This document shows, piece by piece, positions 20,497 to 28,163 of a DNA stretch of 28,163 bases (positions are counted from its first letter, which is position 1; each line of letters opens with the position of its first letter). The notes beneath the pieces are model-generated. The model was not told the DNA's origin. It made no database searches and saw only the letters and a list, made by a program, of their open reading frames with translations. This DNA comes from an uncultured Phycisphaerales bacterium. Lineage in GTDB: Bacteria > Planctomycetota > Phycisphaerae > Sedimentisphaerales > Anaerobacaceae. The stretch lies in assembly GCA_937868145.1 (NCBI GenBank), contig CALMMH010000636.1:1-28163 (forward strand), read 5' to 3'. Position numbers and translations under genes: made by a program.

Positions 20497-21732
20497 TCAC
20501 CGGGCCTCCCGCACGAGAACTCCGCCGCCGGGCGGCAGGACCAGTTCGACCGGGGCATCCTTCGCCCCCGCCCACTGAGCGGTTGTCGCATCGAAGCACT
20601 CCAGTTTGCCGGGTCCGACAACCGAGGTGCGAGCCTCCGCGGCGTAGTCCAGGTTCACCACCACGACGTGAACCGGCTTCTCGGCGGCTCCAAAGTAGCC
20701 GAGCAGGAAACCGCGTGGCGAAACAGACGCAGGGGCGGCGAGTCGAACACGCATATCCGTAGGCGGCCGCTCGCATCCGGCTTCCTGCATGGCCGTGTGG
20801 CACATCACGAGCGACCGCAGCGGCTGGAGCTCCTTTGCGATCGCGGCGAACTCGCGGTTGTACGACTTGACCGCGTGATAGAGCGGTCCGGGCACGCCGT
20901 CCAGATTGACGAGGCTGCCGTAGTGGTTCGGGTGGGCGTACACGTAGTAACTGATTCCCTGAGCGCCGTAGGCCGCGGTGGTGTAGACCAGATACCGCAG
21001 TTCGTCCGGATTCGGGATTCGCATCGCGTCCGGCGCCCAGGTGCAGGCCTGCACGATGTTCAGGAAAGGCACGCCCGCCTCCTGCGCCGCCCGTCGAATC
21101 ATCGCCAGGTTCAAGAAGTACTGCTGGCTGTCGCCCTTGAGTCCGAACTGATAGTGGTCGTAGCTGATCAGCGAGGGCTTGACCTGCTCGACGTAGAGGC
21201 GAAGGTGCTCCCGGTAGGCCGTGACCACGTCCCCTTTCGTGCCCAGTTGCTCGTTGTTGGCGTAGGTCGGGAACAGGTTGATGTAGGCCAGGTGCTGCGG
21301 ATCGCGATCGTGCAGGTACGCGACCAGTTTTCCAAGCGAGGGGAACTTCGCCGCACTGGGCTCGTCGACGAGGTGGTAGGCGTAGAGGGCCGGGTGCTTG
21401 CGGACGCGGGCGATCAGGGCGTCCAATTGCTCGAGACGCTGGGGGTCGTCGAGCGACGCGGGCGAAAGGAGACCGTCGGTAAGCTGGCCTCGCAGACCGT
21501 GACGTTGCGCCACGTCGAGTTCCTTCTCGTTGCACCAGACGAGATTGAAGCCGCCCTCGGCCATCTGCTGTGCGGCGGCGTCGGTCATCGCGGGCCCCGC
21601 CCAATACGTGACGATCGGCGCGCCGATCCGCCACGAATCCGTCGTCTCTGCCGCAAGCATCTGCGTCCCCAGGAACAGGCAAAGAACGGGCAGGAGTCTC
21701 GTCACGGCTGAGGAATGAATCGCGGTGTTCAT
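20497..21732 (-). CDS. Secreted putative glycoside hydrolase (TIM barrel, GH-A-like)
   Basis: Signal peptide, AYHLVDEPS, LISYDHYQF and AYGAQGISYY patterns. Confidence 0.6.
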   Translation of the reverse strand: MNTAIHSSAVTRLLPVLCLFLGTQMLAAETTDSWRIGAPIVTYWAGPAMTDAAAQQMAEGGFNLVWCNEKELDVAQRHGLRGQLTDGLLSPASLDDPQRLEQLDALIARVRKHPALYAYHLVDEPSAAKFPSLGKLVAYLHDRDPQHLAYINLFPTYANNEQLGTKGDVVTAYREHLRLYVEQVKPSLISYDHYQFGLKGDSQQYFLNLAMIRRAAQEAGVPFLNIVQACTWAPDAMRIPNPDELRYLVYTTAAYGAQGISYYVYAHPNHYGSLVNLDGVPGPLYHAVKSYNREFAAIAKELQPLRSLVMCHTAMQEAGCERPPTDMRVRLAAPASVSPRGFLLGYFGAAEKPVHVVVVNLDYAAEARTSVVGPGKLECFDATTAQWAGAKDAPVELVLPPGGGVLVREAR

Positions 21733-21787
21733 AGAGTCAAACCCTCGAATGCGAATTCGTACGTCAAATCAGACAGAACAACCTGCG

Positions 21788-22702
21788 TCACTTGGCGTCC
21801 GCCGAGGCGGCGAAGTTCTCCACGAACTTGACGCACTTGGCCACGTCGTCGACCAGTTGGGGCGACAGATGCTCGTACTCGATCGTCGCCAGGCCGCGGA
21901 ACTTCATCGCATGCATCGTTTGGAGGACCTGCGTGTAGTTCGCCTTGCCCTCTCCCAGCGGCACGTCGCGGGACTGGGGGTTGCCCATCTCGGCGGCGTC
22001 TTTCAGATGCACGACGACGATGCGTCCGTCCAGCTTCTTGAGGCACTCGACCGGGTCCAGACCCGTGCGGACATAGTGGCCGGTGTCCGGGCAGGCACCG
22101 ATCGCCTTGCTGCGCCCTTCGCAGACCTTCAGAACGTTCTCGGGACGCCAGTACTTCGATCCCGCCGCTTCCGAATGATTGTGAATCCCCAGGTTCATCT
22201 TGTACTCCTGGCACAATTTGTCGAGGGCTTCCATCACCTCCGCCGGCGGCTCGGCGACGAGCGTCTCGGCGCCCATCTCCCTGGCAAAGTCGAACACCTT
22301 GCGAAAAGCGGTCGTGTCCGCTTCGAGAGACGCGTAGTAGCTGGCCATCTTCAGCCCGCGATCTTCCAGCCGCTTCTTCATCTCCCGGCGCTGGCCCGCG
22401 GAGAGCGACTCGCTCGTCTTAAGGTCCGGGTGCTCCTTGCTCAGCGGCAGGAAGAACGCCGGCTCCACGCAGCGGATGCCCAGACCCGCGATCACGTCGA
22501 TCGCCTCGTAAAAGCTCCGATCGCGGAACGTGTACAGGTTGCACGACAGCCGCCAGCCGAGCTTCTCCGCGTGGGGCGTGCTCGATCCGCTCTTCGGCGT
22601 CTCGACGGGCGAGGCTCCGACTCCGGTCGCCAGAAACGCCCCTGCTCCCAATCCTCCCGCAGCCACCAGAAACCTGCGACGATTCATTCGATTCTCGCTC
22701 AT
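21788..22702 (-). CDS. Tat-exported sugar phosphate isomerase/epimerase (xylose isomerase-like TIM barrel)
   Basis: SD GGAGGTG, NRRRFL twin-arginine signal, GIHNHS, CPDTGHY, VVHLKD and TIEYE metal-binding motifs. Confidence 0.85.
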   Translation of the reverse strand: MSENRMNRRRFLVAAGGLGAGAFLATGVGASPVETPKSGSSTPHAEKLGWRLSCNLYTFRDRSFYEAIDVIAGLGIRCVEPAFFLPLSKEHPDLKTSESLSAGQRREMKKRLEDRGLKMASYYASLEADTTAFRKVFDFAREMGAETLVAEPPAEVMEALDKLCQEYKMNLGIHNHSEAAGSKYWRPENVLKVCEGRSKAIGACPDTGHYVRTGLDPVECLKKLDGRIVVVHLKDAAEMGNPQSRDVPLGEGKANYTQVLQTMHAMKFRGLATIEYEHLSPQLVDDVAKCVKFVENFAASADAK

Positions 22703-22918
22703 AAGATCACCTCCGGTAATCCGTCCATTTTCAATAGAAAGACGAAACGATTGCAGACGAATCCATTGTCGTCGTCCGGTCAACGGCCCGCAAGTCCAAA
22801 GACGAAACAACCCCGATTTGCCCCTCCTGTTTTGCCCCGACAACCAGGGCCGGGAAGAAGGCGCAAATCGTTCTTCCCCACCATGGAAAAAGCCAGGAAA
22901 AAATTTGCACAAAGGGTA

Positions 22919-22946
22919 TTGCTTTTCGTAGAGCCGAGCATACGAT
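22919..22946 (+). promoter_or_regulatory. Sigma70-like promoter for the acidic protein
   Basis: TTGCTT-N16-TACGAT. Confidence 0.45.
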
Positions 22947-23039
22947 GATTCCGACATTTGAAAGACGGGCTCGGCGTGGGCCCGGTTGGTAGGAGAACGA
23001 ACGCGGATGAAAAAAACGTCTTTAAGAGGTGGTAAACTA

Positions 23040-23327
23040 ATGTGTGATTCATGTGGATGCACCCCTTGTAACACGTGCGGCGCGCCCGTCGAGGATGGTG
23101 TCTGCTCGAGCTGTGGCGAGAAGCCCACGAACTGCACGTGCGAGCCGCTCGAGGAAGTACTGGATTTGGAAGAGGAGGATGAGGACGTCGAAGAAGAAGA
23201 AGAAGAAGATTTCGACGACGATGAAGACGAAGACCTCGACGAAGACGAAGACGAGGAGGAAGAGGAAGAAGAAGACTTCGAAGAGGATGAGGACGAGGAT
23301 TTCGACGACGACGGCAAGGACTGGTGA
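23040..23327 (+). CDS. Small protein with nine-Cys N-terminus and long Asp/Glu tail
   Basis: SD GAGGTGG, 95 aa: MCDSCGCTPCNTCGAPVEDGVCSSCGEKPTNCTC followed by a D/E-dominated tail ending GKDW. A promoter lies upstream and a terminator downstream. Confidence 0.8.
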   Translation: MCDSCGCTPCNTCGAPVEDGVCSSCGEKPTNCTCEPLEEVLDLEEEDEDVEEEEEEDFDDDEDEDLDEDEDEEEEEEEDFEEDEDEDFDDDGKDW

Positions 23328-23534
23328 TGAATCGCCTCGAACGTCTCCCTCTGAGTTTCCGCTCTGTCGGGACAGGTTCGAAACAGACGCAAGACGCGGG
23401 TTGGCGCGTCGATCCGGATGGGTCACACCTGGAAAAGGATCGGGCTATCCCCAGGAGGCATAGCGGACGTTGAGGTTTTGCGAGCGTTCTGCAAGCGAGA
23501 ATGAACACCGCTCTGGAAGACACGATCAGATCCA

Positions 23535-23578
23535 AAAGAAAGGCCCCGTCATGAGAATCGACGGGGCCTCTTGTTTTG
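23535..23578. terminator. Probable bidirectional terminator between the acidic protein and the cold-shock gene
   Basis: AGGCCCCGTC/GACGGGGCCT stem with an A-rich left flank and a T-rich right flank. Confidence 0.75.
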
Positions 23579-23595
23579 CAGACCAAGTCTTTCGG

Positions 23596-23799
23596 TCAGC
23601 AAGGCTTCACGTTCGTCGCCTCCTGGCCTTTCCGACCGGGAGCCGGAGTGTACTCGACCGCCTGACCATCCTGAAGAGACTTGAATCCTTCTCCTGCGAT
23701 CTTGGAGTGATGAACGAACAAATCCTCACCACCATCGTCGGGAGTGATGAAGCCAAAACCCTTCTTCTCGTTGAACCACTTCACAGTACCTCTTGCCAC
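23596..23799 (-). CDS. Cold-shock protein (CspA family)
   Basis: [15 protein letters not shown] (RNP1) and LFVHHS (RNP2). SD AAGGAG precedes the GTG at 23799. Confidence 0.95.
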   Translation of the reverse strand: MARGTVKWFNEKKGFGFITPDDGGEDLFVHHSKIAGEGFKSLQDGQAVEYTPAPGRKGQEATNVKPC

Positions 23800-24060
23800 G
23801 TTGTCTTCTCCTTGGACTTGAATGCGTCCATATAGCAAGTTCCCTCTGCGATTCATCAGGGGTATGCTCCGAGGGAGGAAAAGTATACACCTTGACACGG
23901 GGCCGTTATGGTACTGCGATGTCACGACCTTGTCAACGGAATTCCCGACGATCCAAGGGAAAAGGACGTCCCGAGACATGGGGACCAACCGGGAACGCGG
24001 CAGCCTTCCCGAACGGCGGTCCACACGAAATGCGGCATCCTGCGGGGGATCGCCGGCTTC

Positions 24061-24279
24061 CTACGGCTTGACCTTAAAACAGTCGCTTCTCCAGCAGCAT
24101 TGAGTCCAGGGACATTCTCCCGCGGACCGGCCGTAACAGGGCGTGCACCCCTCCGCGATCTGGATCGCGTGAATCAGATCGGCCTTCTTCATCTTCCCGG
24201 GTTCCACTCCCAAGGTCTTCGCCTTGGCTTTGATTTCCGTCATCGTCATACTTTTGCACGCCACGCCCACTGAACTCAT
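24061..24279 (-). CDS. Small Rho-N/SAP(HeH)-like protein with Cys-rich C-terminus
   Basis: EIKAKAKTLGV...MKKADLIHAIQIAEG followed by CTPCYG...C...CCWRSDC. Confidence 0.65.
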   Translation of the reverse strand: MSSVGVACKSMTMTEIKAKAKTLGVEPGKMKKADLIHAIQIAEGCTPCYGRSAGECPWTQCCWRSDCFKVKP

Positions 24280-24761
24280 CCTGGGTCTCCTTTTCTACTG
24301 AGGGCGTCAAAGGAATCGGCCGGTCGCAAAACATACCAAGGGCTCGGCTTCCCTTCCCGACAACCTCCAACGGTCGCCCTTTCCTCTGCTCTCACGCCGC
24401 GACATGCCATCCGAGCGTCAACGCATTCACTGCTCGACAGCACGCCTGCCGGTCTCAGTCAAGGCAGTTATTTTGCGCGCATTTTTCGCCCGGGCAAGAG
24501 CTTTCCAACAACTTTTTCCAGTTTTTTCGGGACGTGTCGTGAACATGCGGCGGAAAGACTCGATCCTGTCTTGCAGAATGTCACCCTGGGCAACAGTTGC
24601 GTGGATACGACAGACGGGATACCACAGCCGGAGTCTTTCATGACGCTTCGCGGAAACACCGGAACCGTCGACAGAACAGGCTCAAAGGAACTCTGAGCAT
24701 GGCGGCCCCTATTCTGTCGAGACAACCACCGGCTCGGAGCCGCCGACGCGTGGGATCAAAC

Positions 24762-26576
24762 TCAGCTCTTCGCCTGGTCGAGGATCAGATCCTTGACCTT
24801 CTGGCTGGGCAAATTCAACGCCCCATACGAAGCCGCAGCGGCGGCTCGCAGGACCGGATCGGTCTCGGTCGACTGGATCAGCGAATAGATGGCGTTGACC
24901 GTCACGTCGGGCAGCATGTTGCCGTAGAGCTTGGCGGAATCAACCAGGGCGCCGAAGGCCGCGATCTTCACAGGCATCTCAGCGCCGGTCTCCATCGCCA
25001 TCTCCGCGATGGCCCGCTGGGCGTTCGGACTGTTCAGATAGGCCAAGACCTCGGCGGCCAGGACCTGAACCTCCTGCTGCGAATCCTTGGTGGCCTGCAC
25101 CAAGGCCGGAAGGGCCAGCGACAGATCGACAACCGGATTGCGGCTCACGGCCAGTTTATGCATGGCCTGGACCGCCCGCAATGCGTAGCTCTCGGCCAAT
25201 TCCGGCGTCCACTGCTCGGTCGATGCAGTCTGTTGACCACTGCGAGAGAGAGCTTCCGCCAGGTTCTGCACGACCACTCGGCTTTCGACGAACTCCTGCC
25301 GAGGCCCGGCGTTGCCGATGGCGATCGCCGCACTGAAACGAACCGCGCGATCCTGGAACGTCAGGGCTTGCATCAAAGGTTGCGACGGTCCGAACGCATA
25401 CATCAGAGACCTCTCGCCGGCGGTGGTCGCCAGAGCCTCGACGGCTCCCAGCGCCACGGCGGCGTTGCGATCGTTGACCGCGCGGGCCAGGGCCTGATGC
25501 AGATACTCAGGACCGGCCGTCGTCGCGTAGACCAATGCGTCGGCATGGCTCTCCCCGAAATATTCGGGCATCGGGATTCCGGTGGCCTCGGCCTTGAAGA
25601 AGGAGGCCAGCCACAAGCCGATCGCCAGGCCGAACTGCTCGTCGGACCGCAACGACCATTCGCAGCACCGCATCGCCATCAACTCATGGAAAAAGGCCTG
25701 ATCCACCGGCGTGCGGGACAGACGATTGGCCTGGGCGTCCCAGAACCAGATGTTCGCAAAGCTCACATCCTTGGCCGGAGCGAGGGACTCGTCGTGATAG
25801 TAGTACCTCTCTCCGAGCTGGTAGAACATGGCCGCGGCCGTCGAACCGGCGGACCGGGCGTCGATCTGGCGAATGCTCTCGGCGGCCAGGGACCTCAACT
25901 CCATCGACTGAGAAGTCTCGGCGACGTACTTGAGGTACGGCAGCGACTGGGGATATCCGATCTTGCCCAAGGCGCGGATGATTTCACTTTTGAGTTGATC
26001 GTTATTCGTCTGGAGAGCGGCCGTCAAAGGCCGGATCGCGGGCCGACCGATCTGCGGCAGAACCTCGATCATGTCAGACAACTTGGTTTCGTAGTCGGGG
26101 TTGCGGATGGCCTCGCCCATGGCGTCCAGCAGGAAAGGCACGGCATATTCGCCGGCGTCCTGCAGACGACGCGTGGCGGTCATCTTGCCTCGCAGAGTGG
26201 TGCTGAGCCGCTTGATCTCCTCGACGATCAACGTCGGCTCGGTCCGCCGCTGGAAACGGCCCTGATCGACGACGGCCAGAAGCTTCTGGGTCAACTGGGC
26301 CAATTCGTCGTCGTGAGCGGTCTCGGCCACCTTCATCGCCAGCTGGTAGCCCTGGGGGTTCTCCTCGACGAGCTTGAACAGCTCGGCCGGGTCGGGATTG
26401 CTTTCAAGAACGGCTTGGCCATACCCCTTGGCCAGGTCGAAGCGGCCGATCTTGGTGTAATGCAGGAAATCATTCCAGTTATCGGCGAGAGTCGGGGGTT
26501 GAGTCTGTGCAAAACCGGTCCCCAAGGTGCAACATCCGATAATCAGGATCAATGCGACGGTTCGTCCGCTCAACAT
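24762..26576 (-). CDS. Exported HEAT/PBS-repeat protein
   Basis: Signal peptide, SD GGAG, and helical repeats such as IIRALGKIG, AVEALA and VRFSAAIAIG. Confidence 0.8.
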   Translation of the reverse strand: MLSGRTVALILIIGCCTLGTGFAQTQPPTLADNWNDFLHYTKIGRFDLAKGYGQAVLESNPDPAELFKLVEENPQGYQLAMKVAETAHDDELAQLTQKLLAVVDQGRFQRRTEPTLIVEEIKRLSTTLRGKMTATRRLQDAGEYAVPFLLDAMGEAIRNPDYETKLSDMIEVLPQIGRPAIRPLTAALQTNNDQLKSEIIRALGKIGYPQSLPYLKYVAETSQSMELRSLAAESIRQIDARSAGSTAAAMFYQLGERYYYHDESLAPAKDVSFANIWFWDAQANRLSRTPVDQAFFHELMAMRCCEWSLRSDEQFGLAIGLWLASFFKAEATGIPMPEYFGESHADALVYATTAGPEYLHQALARAVNDRNAAVALGAVEALATTAGERSLMYAFGPSQPLMQALTFQDRAVRFSAAIAIGNAGPRQEFVESRVVVQNLAEALSRSGQQTASTEQWTPELAESYALRAVQAMHKLAVSRNPVVDLSLALPALVQATKDSQQEVQVLAAEVLAYLNSPNAQRAIAEMAMETGAEMPVKIAAFGALVDSAKLYGNMLPDVTVNAIYSLIQSTETDPVLRAAAAASYGALNLPSQKVKDLILDQAKS

Positions 26577-26785
26577 CAAGACGTCTCCAAATTCCTTCCG
26601 TTGCCCATTTCTGATGAGCACCCGACGCAGATGCCGCAACCGGGGGCCCTGGACCCTGCCCGACTGCAAACGACGGGAGAAACGGCACAAAAACCCTTAC
26701 CTCGCGGCGATTGCAGTCGAGTGGTCCATCCTTCAAGACGGTTACAAACAACAAGCCGTCGTAACTATTCGGCACCAACGCAGTT

Positions 26786-26814
26786 ATACTAAACTGAAAT
26801 GACGCCCCTGTCAA
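26786..26814 (-). promoter_or_regulatory. Sigma70 promoter upstream of the HEAT-repeat gene
   Basis: TTGACA-N17-TAGTAT on the minus strand. Confidence 0.65.
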
Positions 26815-27078
26815 TAAAAAACCCATTCATCCGAAGTTCCCCAGCTTAGCGGATCGGCATAACAAAGACAGGTTGTACCCCTAAAGGCATAGAAGCTTCC
26901 GCGGCTTTTACATCGTGGCTCCCATAGCATGATTCACAGGACGATCCAACCTCGGGGGCACGGAGAACGGAAGTCTCGGAAACGTAAGTGATCGGGAAAT
27001 TGGCCGTAGGAACCTCCCTGCATCAGCGCCCCTGCGGGTCTGACGTGAATCAGTGCGACCGAGTGTCGGACTCACCGA

Positions 27079-27324
27079 TTATGAGTCCTTGTAATGCCGC
27101 ACTTTGTCGTGAGCGAGACCTTCACCGACCAGGGCGAAGAATGCCAGTTCCGCCGAGATCAGCAGGTACAGGGGGCCAAGCAGAATGCTGCACGCCAAAG
27201 CGCATTCCCGCGTCCCCCGGTCCCACATCTGCCGGTCACAGTGATGGACCGCTACCTCCGTGGCGAAGTAGGCCAGCACGCCCGACAGAATCCAAACTGA
27301 CACCAGCACTACCCAGAGAGCCAT
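27079..27324 (-). CDS. Small hypothetical membrane protein
   Basis: SD GGGAGG, two hydrophobic segments, and TATAAT at 27412-27417 upstream. Confidence 0.55.
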   Translation of the reverse strand: MALWVVLVSVWILSGVLAYFATEVAVHHCDRQMWDRGTRECALACSILLGPLYLLISAELAFFALVGEGLAHDKVRHYKDS

Positions 27325-27496
27325 GGTTGCATCCTCCCGATCTCAGGATCAATGGCTTCACCAGTGCATACGTCAGCACACAATCAGATGACAACCGCTT
27401 CCACCCTCTTCATTATACCCATATCCCGGAAAAAAGTGCGGACTTTCGATCGCTCCCGGGGATTTCTTCCATTTTCCCGCCATCCGGCGTATCCCG

Positions 27497-28162
27497 CTAA
27501 GGCTCGCATGCCTCCTCCCAACGCAGACGGGGATACCCCTCCCCTTCGCTGCGGCGCCAGATCGCATCAAAATCCCATCCGTTGAAGCTGGCTTGGGACC
27601 GCATCTGTGCGTCCGAAAGAGGCGCGCCAAGACCGTTGTCCGGCCCGCCGCCATCCGTCTCGGCCAGGAAGTACGAGTTCGTGATCGTCCCGCCTGCATT
27701 TTCGCTCACCAGACCGCCCCTGCCTTTGCCGGAGGGAACGATAACCGCCGCATAGCAGTTCGTGACCTTGCCATGATTCGAATAGACCAGGCCCGCAATA
27801 GCGCTGTAACCATCAGCATAGCAGTCTGCGACGATCCCATCGTTCAGTCCTACAAGAGCGGCACACCGGGCGATCTCGCCGCCCACCAAAGCGGAGGCGT
27901 GGCACTCGGCGATGCTGCCGAGATTGTGTCCGGCGATTCCTCCCCAGTAGGTCAAGCCGCCCCGATCGAATTTTCCCATGGCCGCCCAGGAGACAGAGCA
28001 ACGGCGAATCTCGCCGTCGGCTTCATTGACGGCAACCAATCCGCCGATGTAGTCGAGACCTACGCGAAACCCACAGTCCGCACTGGTAGAACAGTCATGA
28101 ATTCTGCCGTGATTGCGTACAGCCAAGACCCCCATCAGTCCCGCAGCAGCATTCTCGACATG
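27497..28162 (-). CDS. GLUG-motif repeat protein, 5' partial
   Basis: Repeated GGLV/GGIAG-x-N-x-G-x-I-x-x-CY units and the C-terminal GWDFDAIW...YPRLRWE. The frame is open to the window edge. Confidence 0.8.
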   Translation of the reverse strand, partial: HVENAAAGLMGVLAVRNHGRIHDCSTSADCGFRVGLDYIGGLVAVNEADGEIRRCSVSWAAMGKFDRGGLTYWGGIAGHNLGSIAECHASALVGGEIARCAALVGLNDGIVADCYADGYSAIAGLVYSNHGKVTNCYAAVIVPSGKGRGGLVSENAGGTITNSYFLAETDGGGPDNGLGAPLSDAQMRSQASFNGWDFDAIWRRSEGEGYPRLRWEEACEP

Positions 28163-28163
28163 C

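Noticed and set aside
20492-21682. Apparent 1328-aa giant hydrolase
   Set aside because: The first 397 codons are an alternative frame of the 20497..21732 gene. The signal peptide begins at 20491.
23150-23320. GAAGAA/GACGAA repeats as a CRISPR or tandem array
   Set aside because: These are simply the codons of the acidic tract, with no repeat-spacer structure.
22703-23392. Poly-serine N-terminus on the isomerase ORF
   Set aside because: It is the antisense reading of the Asp/Glu-rich gene. The isomerase has its own SD and Tat signal at 22702.
24597-26792. 731-aa plus-strand ORF
   Set aside because: Antisense shadow of the HEAT-repeat gene.

Overview
GC-rich bacterial window, probably from an anaerobic planctomycete of the Phycisphaerae/Sedimentisphaerales type. 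That lineage is inferred from the prepilin/H-X-DG, dockerin-tailed, GLUG and HEAT proteins and was not confirmed by search. From left to right: (1) a phosphate uptake locus on + (partial porin, pstS, pstC, an enlarged pstA, pstB, phoU) with an 11-bp-periodic Pho-box-like array before pstS; (2) a converging NifA/sigma54-controlled nitrogenase operon on - (nifA; nifH-nifI1-nifI2-nifD-nifK) that is rearranged. nifH has an internal frameshifting deletion at an 8-9 bp microhomology. nifE, nifN and the radical-SAM part of nifB are absent from the window. In their place the NifB C-terminal (NifX-like) domain is fused in frame to a prepilin-type protein, followed by a secreted dockerin-tailed protein, an MFS transporter and the usual nif-associated [2Fe-2S] ferredoxin; (3) tRNA-Ser(GCT); (4) a three-gene carbohydrate-use cluster; (5) a small Cys-rich poly-acidic protein, a cold-shock protein and a HeH/Cys small protein; (6) a HEAT-repeat protein, a small membrane protein and a partial GLUG protein. 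The best candidate for an undescribed system is the NifX-like::pilin / dockerin protein / MFS module embedded in the nif operon.
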